A DNA stretch of 64,000 bases, taken from IMG/VR virus record IMGVR_UViG_3300044641_010298, positions 32,001 through 96,000 of that record. One strand, 5' to 3'. The stretch is from a virus. The notes under the pieces are model-generated. The model searched no databases. It saw only the letters and a program-made list of their open reading frames with translations, and was not told where the DNA came from. This document shows, one piece after another, positions 58,731 to 64,000 of the stretch; position 1 is the stretch's first letter; each line of letters begins with the position of its first letter. Made by a program: the position numbers and the translations under genes.

Positions 58731-59125
58731 GTGCGGACCCAGCCTCCGCCGCGGGGCTTCCCAGGTGCACCACAGATCTCACAGGTGCGGAGCGCAAGCG
58801 ATTCAGCGAGAGCGATTGCACCGTCGATGTAGTCGTCGCTATTGCTCACATAGAATCGCAGCCCGCCCCACTTCTCCTTCACCTGCACCGCGACTGTCTG
58901 GTGGCCCTCATCCCATTCAGCATCAGTGAGGTCCTTAAAGTCGCTCTTCTTCCGCTTCCAGTCCAGGTGGTGCTGGATTGTGTTACACAGCGTGTCGACG
59001 ATGTCATACCAGCCGTCGTCATGCTCGAAGCCGAAGCACATCAGTGTCTGGCGGGGATCGCCCCGCCTGTCACAAAAGATCTTCGGGTATCGCTCACACA
59101 GTGACTTGTCCTTCTCCTCAGTCAT
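58706..59125 (-). CDS. Conserved phage hypothetical protein with C-terminal Zn finger
   Basis: 'GWYDI...QVKEKWGGLRFY...TCEICG...TLC..H' pattern. Confidence 0.7.
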   Translation of the reverse strand: MTEEKDKSLCERYPKIFCDRRGDPRQTLMCFGFEHDDGWYDIVDTLCNTIQHHLDWKRKKSDFKDLTDAEWDEGHQTVAVQVKEKWGGLRFYVSNSDDYIDGAIALAESLALRTCEICGAPGKPRGGGWVRTLCDGHAK

Positions 59126-59331
59126 TTATTCCTCTCGTTGTGTCTATCGAGCATCGCTTGAATCGCTTCGATCACCACCCGCTGGAATCCCTCTTGATCG
59201 TCCGGCTGGAGCCCAAACGCTGCATAGAACTGGTCAACCTTGTCATCCTCGATCTCGAAGACAAATCGCGACCCGCCACCCTCTTGCGGAGCCTCGCTAA
59301 TGCTCAGCAGCCCAGGAATATCACTCATCAT
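59122..59331 (-). CDS. Hypothetical protein
   Basis: Coupled ORF. Confidence 0.55.
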   Translation of the reverse strand: MMSDIPGLLSISEAPQEGGGSRFVFEIEDDKVDQFYAAFGLQPDDQEGFQRVVIEAIQAMLDRHNERNK

Positions 59332-59665
59332 TCTTCACCTTTCCAGACGCAGCCAGCTCGGCGTAGCCTGGGTAGTACCCAGTTCCCTCGTGTAGATGCC
59401 TGAGCAGATTCTGGGGCCCGAATCCCTCAGCGTCACAGTGGGCATCCCAGAAGTCCTTGATCTCATCATAGGCTCGCAGCTGGACGGTGCGGAGCCGGAG
59501 GATCTCTTGGCTGAGGCGGGTCACCTCCGACTCAAGCGCAGCGACCTTGCTCGGCTCCGACACCCAGCGAGCGAAATCACGAATGACACCCTTGTGTGAT
59601 CGAAGCAGGTCCTCGACATCCTGCTCGTTGATTCTATGCAGCCAGCCTGGCACATCGTTTGACAT
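59321..59665 (-). CDS. Hypothetical protein
   Basis: GGGGAG RBS; coiled-coil middle region. Confidence 0.6.
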   Translation of the reverse strand: MSNDVPGWLHRINEQDVEDLLRSHKGVIRDFARWVSEPSKVAALESEVTRLSQEILRLRTVQLRAYDEIKDFWDAHCDAEGFGPQNLLRHLHEGTGYYPGYAELAASGKVKNDE

Positions 59666-59673
59666 CGCTCCCC

Positions 59674-59841
59674 CTAGAAGGTGATCACCTGCTCCCAGTC
59701 AAATTCCTCGGCATCCGTGAGCAGCGCATCAAAGAGGCTCTGCTCAGCGCCGGAATCACCCAGTGCCTCCTGCATCGCCTCGCTTGGTGGCTGGTCAGGC
59801 CGCCGCTCGATTACAATCTGGCGCGTCCTGGCGCGGTCCAT
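59674..59841 (-). CDS. 55-aa acidic hypothetical protein MDRARTRQIV...
   Basis: TGATG stop/start overlap; fills the gap; missed by the ORF track. Confidence 0.55.
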   Translation of the reverse strand: MDRARTRQIVIERRPDQPPSEAMQEALGDSGAEQSLFDALLTDAEEFDWEQVITF

Positions 59842-60071
59842 CACTCATCCTCGCCACGCTTCGTGTTGCCTGTCTGGGGCTGGCGCTTCCGGATCACCAG
59901 GGTGGCCCGTGGGCGCTCGCCTGGCTTGAGCTCGGCGTCATCCTTCGGGTAGAAGACCACGAAGGTGCTGTCGCGGAGGTCAACGAGCGCTGGAAGATCG
60001 GCTCCGCCGATCAGGTACTCATCCCCGTTCTTGTCGGTGCGGGGCGTCAAACGGATCTCAAATTGGTTCAT
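59841..60071 (-). CDS. Hypothetical protein
   Basis: Start MNQFE after AAAGGA. Confidence 0.6.
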   Translation of the reverse strand: MNQFEIRLTPRTDKNGDEYLIGGADLPALVDLRDSTFVVFYPKDDAELKPGERPRATLVIRKRQPQTGNTKRGEDE

Positions 60072-60084
60072 GGTAACATCCTTT

Positions 60085-60354
60085 CTATGATACATCTTTG
60101 TCGTCTGGCTCCTCGCTCACCGGACCATTCCGGAAAGGGAGGACATTGGGTCGAGGCGGAGCCTCCTCCTCGTCATCATCGTCGTCGTCATCGTACTGCC
60201 ACCCGTTGGCGAGCAGCATCGCGATGAAGGTCGCCACCGTCTCCTGATGCATCTTGATGATCCGATCCCCGGTCCGCAGGCCGTAGATCGCGCCAAGGAT
60301 CGCACCGCTGATGAAAGAGAGCGTGACGAGGATGAGGGCGACTGAGGGGTCCAT
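60085..60354 (-). CDS. Membrane-anchored protein with poly-Asp/Glu tail
   Basis: N-terminal TM segment; DDDDDDDEEE tract. Confidence 0.65.
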   Translation of the reverse strand: MDPSVALILVTLSFISGAILGAIYGLRTGDRIIKMHQETVATFIAMLLANGWQYDDDDDDDEEEAPPRPNVLPFRNGPVSEEPDDKDVS

Positions 60355-60384
60355 GGCTATATTCTGGTCCAGGGCTGCGGGTTG

Positions 60385-60564
60385 TTAATGCTCGAGCGAG
60401 CCGGTCCGCACTTGGACCAGCGTCCATAGGTCATCCAGCGCCGGGTCCGGGTCCTCCTGTAGGGCAGCTTTAAGCGAGAAGAGGTCGTCGGGTTCCATCT
60501 CGTTCAGGAGCCAGAGGTTGTCTGCGACCTGACGAGGGGTGGGCGGTGCTTCAAGATTGATCAT
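60385..60564 (-). CDS. 59-aa acidic hypothetical protein MINLEAPPTP...
   Basis: AGGAG RBS; missed by the ORF track. Confidence 0.6.
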   Translation of the reverse strand: MINLEAPPTPRQVADNLWLLNEMEPDDLFSLKAALQEDPDPALDDLWTLVQVRTGSLEH

Positions 60565-60572
60565 GTTGACTC

Positions 60573-60626
60573 CTATCGGAAAGAAGCGAGGAAGAGAAGG
60601 ATGATGATGCCCATGATGATCGCCAT
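60573..60626 (-). CDS. 17-aa hydrophobic micropeptide MAIIMGIIILLFLASFR
   Basis: TAAGGAGG RBS and promoter copy directly upstream. Confidence 0.6.
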   Translation of the reverse strand: MAIIMGIIILLFLASFR

Positions 60627-60647
60627 TGTTTGCCTCCTTACCTTGTT

Positions 60648-60678
60648 ATTGTACCAGGTCGCCCACCGCCCGCACGGG
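60648..60678 (-). promoter_or_regulatory. Cassette promoter copy
   Basis: CCCGTGCG-N14-TGGTACAAT. Confidence 0.85.
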
Positions 60679-60679
60679 C

Positions 60680-60826
60680 TTAGCCCTCGACCTCGATCAC
60701 CTGGAGGAGGCCCTCGATCGTGTCGAGGTCGAGGCCGGACCAGAGGGCGCGGGAGATGACCACGCCGGTGTCGAGCCCCTGGGCCTTGGTCGCGAGGATC
60801 TGGTCGATGAAGTGGTGAGCTGCCAT
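60680..60826 (-). CDS. 48-aa hypothetical protein (paralog of 63187-63417)
   Basis: GGAGG RBS; own promoter; 'GLDTGVVISRALW' segment. Confidence 0.7.
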   Translation of the reverse strand: MAAHHFIDQILATKAQGLDTGVVISRALWSGLDLDTIEGLLQVIEVEG

Positions 60827-60870
60827 GTTTGCCTCCAGGGCGGAGTCCATCCCCGCCGCCTTGCCAGATT

Positions 60871-60901
60871 ATTCTACCATCAGCTGTCAGGGTCGCACGA
60901 G
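60871..60901 (-). promoter_or_regulatory. Cassette promoter copy
   Basis: CTCGTGCG-N14-TGGTAGAAT. Confidence 0.85.
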
Positions 60902-60917
60902 GCCCCGGCCGGTGAGG

Positions 60918-61223
60918 CTAGAGGGAAAGGAATCGAGAGATATCAGAGGAATCAATGTAGAACTCAATGCCGGATTGAGTCTTGAGGCGGAGCTGGGGAT
61001 GGGCCAGGCCGGCCTGCTTGGAGGTCAGGATGGCCAGGAGCTGGACTTGATCACCGGGGTTCAGGTGGGAGGTGGGATCAGGATTGATGGGGTAGGAATT
61101 GAAGGGGCCGGGGTGCCGGGAAACAAGGTTGGGAATGCGGGGGTTGAAGTTGATGCAGGTTTTCTTGGTGATGGTGAGGGTGGAGGGGTTGGTGTTCCGG
61201 ATGATGGTGAGGTTGAGAGCCAT
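60918..61223 (-). CDS. Hypothetical protein, G-poor coding strand
   Basis: AAGGAGG RBS; own promoter. Confidence 0.65.
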   Translation of the reverse strand: MALNLTIIRNTNPSTLTITKKTCINFNPRIPNLVSRHPGPFNSYPINPDPTSHLNPGDQVQLLAILTSKQAGLAHPQLRLKTQSGIEFYIDSSDISRFLSL

Positions 61224-61243
61224 TTGTCCTCCTTGGCCTATTC

Positions 61244-61274
61244 ATTATACCAATCGATTCCGGATTCGCACGAG
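61244..61274 (-). promoter_or_regulatory. Cassette promoter copy
   Basis: CTCGTGCG-N14-TGGTATAAT. Confidence 0.85.
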
Positions 61275-61299
61275 GCCCGGAAGGCCGGAGGCCATCCCG

Positions 61300-61683
61300 T
61301 TACGGGGCCGCCTCGAGCCCGAAGAAGCCGTCGTCACCGAGGACGAGGTCGAGCTTCGCCATCATCGCCGCGGCCTCGCCGCTGACCACCTCCTCGGCCG
61401 TCAGGACCGGGACCACGACCGGCGCCGCTTCGACCACCTTCCGGGGCCGCTTGAGGACCGCCTCCGGGAGGGTCATGCCCGCCGCCTTCACCGCGGCCTT
61501 CGCACGATGGCCGATCGAGACCCGGGTCCCGCGGTCGAAGTCACCGCCGGTCACGTGCATGAGCATCTTCGAACCCCAGCGAAGAGGGGATGCGACAAAC
61601 ACTTCACCATCAGCAATCCCGTGGACCACGATGTTTCCGTCCTCAAGAACCACAGATTCGATAGAGATGTTCTTTGAAGCCAT
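61300..61683 (-). CDS. Cassette-encoded hypothetical protein (paralog of 54616-54939)
   Basis: Start MASKN after AAGGAG; own promoter. Confidence 0.7.
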   Translation of the reverse strand: MASKNISIESVVLEDGNIVVHGIADGEVFVASPLRWGSKMLMHVTGGDFDRGTRVSIGHRAKAAVKAAGMTLPEAVLKRPRKVVEAAPVVVPVLTAEEVVSGEAAAMMAKLDLVLGDDGFFGLEAAP

Positions 61684-61724
61684 GTTTAACTCCTTGGTTG
61701 ATTGCTGTTTGTTTCCGCCAGGAT

Positions 61725-61755
61725 ATTTTACCACTCATCTCAATGTTCGCACGAG
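61725..61755 (-). promoter_or_regulatory. Cassette promoter copy
   Basis: CTCGTGCG-N14-TGGTAAAAT. Confidence 0.85.
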
Positions 61756-61793
61756 AATCGATACATGAGAGAAGTTGTCGCCATACTTAGACT

Positions 61794-61884
61794 AGACCCC
61801 TGGTGAGTTAGTTCTCTTCTCCGGCAGAGAACTTCTGCGACAAACGATTTGTTCGCAACTCAGTATCAACCAGGGGTCTTTTTT
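61794..61884 (+). ncRNA. Candidate structured RNA (three-way junction ending in a U-tract) upstream of the HNH gene
   Basis: AGACCCCTGGT/ACCAGGGGTCT outer stem, two inner hairpins, TTTTTT tail, late-type CATACTTA just upstream. Confidence 0.45.
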
Positions 61885-61941
61885 GTCAGAAGAGAATATA
61901 TAGAAACATCGAGGATTGATACTCCTCGTCCGGAGAGAAAC

Positions 61942-62604
61942 ATGACCAAAGCAATATACGCAGAGTGCATGTATTGTGGGAAGCCACACAGAAAGAAATC
62001 AGCAAGCCCACGATGTTCCAAGTGCAAATACCTCGACCCTGATTTTAGGAAGAAAGTTTCAGATGGTCTCAAACAAAGCCTCAACAATCCTGAGACAAGA
62101 AAGTCAAGATCAGAGAAAGCAAAGCGAATGTGGTCTGATGAATCATACAGAGAAAAACAAGCTGAATCATATTCCTCCAGAAAAGACGAAGAATATCGAT
62201 CCAAGCAATCGATTTCAAATAGCTCTATTTGGTCAAGCCTAGAGCTTCGAGAAAGACAATCAAAAATGGCAAAAGAAAGATGGGACAATCCTGATTACAG
62301 GAGCAAATTTCTTGAAACAGTCAGGGAAGAAGAATACAGAAAGAGAAAATCTCTCTCGCTGGGCGGAGATGGTGACTTAAGTAGAATCGAAAATGATCAA
62401 TCATCTGCGCTCAAGCAGTGGTCAAAGAAAGTAAAAACAAGAGACAACCATCAATGCCAGCACTGCGGATCAGTGAATGATTTGCATGCTCATCACGTCA
62501 AGCGAAAAGCAATGTTTCCTGATCTGGCCCTTGAGATTACCAATGGAATCACGCTCTGCTCATTGTGCCATGCACAAGAGCACAGAAAGCTGAACAATCA
62601 GTAG
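61942..62604 (+). CDS. HNH homing endonuclease with NUMOD3-like helical repeats
   Basis: 'RDNHQCQHCG...HAHH...NGITLCSLCH' motif; N-terminal CxxC..CxxC; AT-rich and antisense to the array. Confidence 0.85.
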   Translation: MTKAIYAECMYCGKPHRKKSASPRCSKCKYLDPDFRKKVSDGLKQSLNNPETRKSRSEKAKRMWSDESYREKQAESYSSRKDEEYRSKQSISNSSIWSSLELRERQSKMAKERWDNPDYRSKFLETVREEEYRKRKSLSLGGDGDLSRIENDQSSALKQWSKKVKTRDNHQCQHCGSVNDLHAHHVKRKAMFPDLALEITNGITLCSLCHAQEHRKLNNQ

Positions 62605-62792
62605 ACAACGACTTTAATTATCTGGTCGTCGTAGCCCCAGCACCACTCGCCGGGGCGGACCATGCCGTCGAAGCCGGGCCGGCCGTTCTTGATGTCCGAT
62701 TCCTTGGACTCGACCTCGACCGTGCGGACCTCGCCGCCAAAGGCGCGGTACTTGATGATGGAGCCGACGCGGTAGTTGTGCTGCTTGTTCAT
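62598..62792 (-). CDS. Small SH3-like phage protein
   Basis: AAGGAGG RBS; 'DIKNGRPGFDG...WGYDDQI' motif. Confidence 0.7.
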   Translation of the reverse strand: MNKQHNYRVGSIIKYRAFGGEVRTVEVESKESDIKNGRPGFDGMVRPGEWCWGYDDQIIKVVVY

Positions 62793-62811
62793 CTTGCCTC
62801 CTTGTGAAGTT

Positions 62812-62842
62812 ATTCTACCACACCCGACCCGACCCGCACGGG
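62812..62842 (-). promoter_or_regulatory. Cassette promoter copy
   Basis: CCCGTGCG-N14-TGGTAGAAT, abutting the upstream TGA. Confidence 0.85.
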
Positions 62843-63127
62843 TCAGATCGACGCGAGTCCCATCTTCAGGAGGTCGATCCTCCGGACCTGGGAAGGACGG
62901 GGGTCACGGTGATTGGACCACTTCTTGATGTCCTTCTCGATCACACCCTTCAGGAGTCGGATCGAGTCCTCCTGGGTCGAACCCCACTTTCCACACTCCA
63001 CAGTCCTGGATCCATCCGCGCACATCCAGGTCTTCCACACGTCCTCAGTCAGTCCCTGGACCTTGAGATAGGAGAAGAATCCATTGGGGGCGACCGTCGT
63101 TTCGATGAAGAAGTTGAGACCCATCAT
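62843..63127 (-). CDS. Hypothetical protein
   Basis: Start MMGLN after AAGGAGG; own promoter. Confidence 0.7.
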   Translation of the reverse strand: MMGLNFFIETTVAPNGFFSYLKVQGLTEDVWKTWMCADGSRTVECGKWGSTQEDSIRLLKGVIEKDIKKWSNHRDPRPSQVRRIDLLKMGLASI

Positions 63128-63155
63128 TCTGTCCTCCTTGGTTCCTGACCTCGAT

Positions 63156-63186
63156 ATCATACCATCGATCGGGTCGGTCGCACGGG
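63156..63186 (-). promoter_or_regulatory. Cassette promoter copy
   Basis: CCCGTGCG-N14-TGGTATGAT, abutting the upstream TGA. Confidence 0.85.
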
Positions 63187-63417
63187 TCAGATCGCGACGG
63201 AGCCGTCCTGGGGGAGGTGCAGCCGGGCGACCGCCGCATCCATCTCAGCAGCGGACCACTCTTGGAGCTGAGCATCGACCTCGGGGGCCAGACTCCGCTC
63301 CCGGGCGAGGTCCCACAGGTCGCGGTTGATGACCGAGCCGGTCTCGAGCGGGAGCTCTCCCTTGAAGGTGGCGTTGCCGACGAGACGGATGAGGGTCGCG
63401 ATTCGGTGAGCGGTCAT
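63187..63417 (-). CDS. Hypothetical protein (paralog of 60680-60826)
   Basis: GGAGG RBS; flanked by 35-bp direct repeats. Confidence 0.7.
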   Translation of the reverse strand: MTAHRIATLIRLVGNATFKGELPLETGSVINRDLWDLARERSLAPEVDAQLQEWSAAEMDAAVARLHLPQDGSVAI

Positions 63418-63438
63418 GCTGTCCTCCGTTGTGTGTAG

Positions 63439-63469
63439 ATCATACCATCGATCGGGTCGGGCGCACGGG
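63439..63469 (-). promoter_or_regulatory. Cassette promoter copy
   Basis: CCCGTGCG-N14-TGGTATGAT, abutting the upstream TGA. Confidence 0.85.
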
Positions 63470-64000
63470 TCAGCTGCCGGCGATCGTGGTCACCTGCCTG
63501 ACCTCTCGGTAGCCGCCCACGCTGAAGTAGGAGCGCTGCCGGTCAGCGAGCGAGACGAGAGTTGGATCCAACGCTCGGGCCCACTTGAGCCGGTTCTCGA
63601 TGATGGCGATCTGGTGCTGGTGACCGCGGCCATTCGTGGGCGGCGGGACATGGGCCCAGAGCACCCGCATCCCCATCAGCCGGTCCACAGCCGCGACCCG
63701 ATCCGGGCACAGGCCCTGGTGCACCATGGCTGCAGCAGCACAGGACATCGACCAGCCAGTGCCCGTCGGGGTCCGGCTGTCGAGATGGGTGATCAGCCTC
63801 TCAGCCAGCGAGCGCCCGTGGGTCTTGCCCGCGTACATGATCTGCTCGCCCTCGAACAGGATGTAGATGCCCACGGGGTGGGGCTCGCCCGCCAGCGCCT
63901 GCACCATCAGGTCGCGGACGGAGAGATCGCCCAGCACCGGGGCGGTCCCGCTGCGGTGGAGAGCCGCGCCCTGGATCCGACCTAGCGGGAGCCCGCCCCA
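63470..64000 (-). CDS. GIY-YIG nuclease-like protein (5' end probably outside the window)
   Basis: 'GIYILF....YAGKT...LAERL..H...E' motif; frame open to the window edge. Confidence 0.65.
   Translation of the reverse strand, partial: WGGLPLGRIQGAALHRSGTAPVLGDLSVRDLMVQALAGEPHPVGIYILFEGEQIMYAGKTHGRSLAERLITHLDSRTPTGTGWSMSCAAAAMVHQGLCPDRVAAVDRLMGMRVLWAHVPPPTNGRGHQHQIAIIENRLKWARALDPTLVSLADRQRSYFSVGGYREVRQVTTIAGS

Noticed and set aside
54201-63985. Many plus-strand ORFs in the GC-rich array
   Set aside because: Antisense shadows of minus-strand genes that have promoters and SD sites; only the HNH gene is supported on the plus strand
53634-64000. CRISPR array or integron attC array
   Set aside because: The repeats are bipartite promoter-like motifs separated by whole genes; there is no constant repeat-spacer period, no RYYYAAC/GTTRRRY palindromic attC and no integrase or cas operon in the window
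1-64000. Alternative genetic code; tRNA or rRNA genes
   Set aside because: Long genes are intact in code 11 and all three stop codons end genes; no tRNA cloverleaf with a T-loop or rRNA-like sequence was recognised by eye (tRNAscan not run)

Overview
The window is a segment of a large (jumbo-type) tailed myophage genome, read in code 11 and almost entirely minus-strand. From left to right: (1) 1-16.7 kb, baseplate/tail structural genes (gp25-like, gp6/baseplate-J-like, LamG-containing wedge, hub/spike), followed at 16.7-17.4 kb by a gp55-like late sigma factor. (2) 17.7-34 kb, an 18-gene nucleotide-sugar, glycosyltransferase and methyltransferase island (gmd, fcl, ugd-like, rmlB, DegT, FkbM, GT2/GT4/GT-D) with no recognisable export machinery. 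(3) 34-38.6 kb, tail-fibre genes. (4) 38.6-47.1 kb, host-like genes: PIN-PhoH, a stand-alone sigma region-4 protein, Hc1-like protein, degenerate GroEL and a complete yeaH-spoVR-prkA triad. (5) 47.6-57 kb, 12 otherwise dissimilar proteins sharing an N-terminal 'MxITExxLRxIIREE..LxE' leader, mostly preceded by a late-type ATANDTA motif (candidate capsid-targeting/injected-cargo system). (6) About 53.2-53.6 kb, a non-coding A-tract and GC-palindrome junction where GC content jumps. (7) 53.6-64 kb, a GC-rich array of small single-gene cassettes. The array contains 15 copies of a rigid promoter-like element (CYCGTGCG-N14-TGGTANRAT), usually 0-3 nt after the previous stop codon, plus an inserted HNH gene with an upstream structured RNA. 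All calls come from motif reading by eye; no database searches were run.
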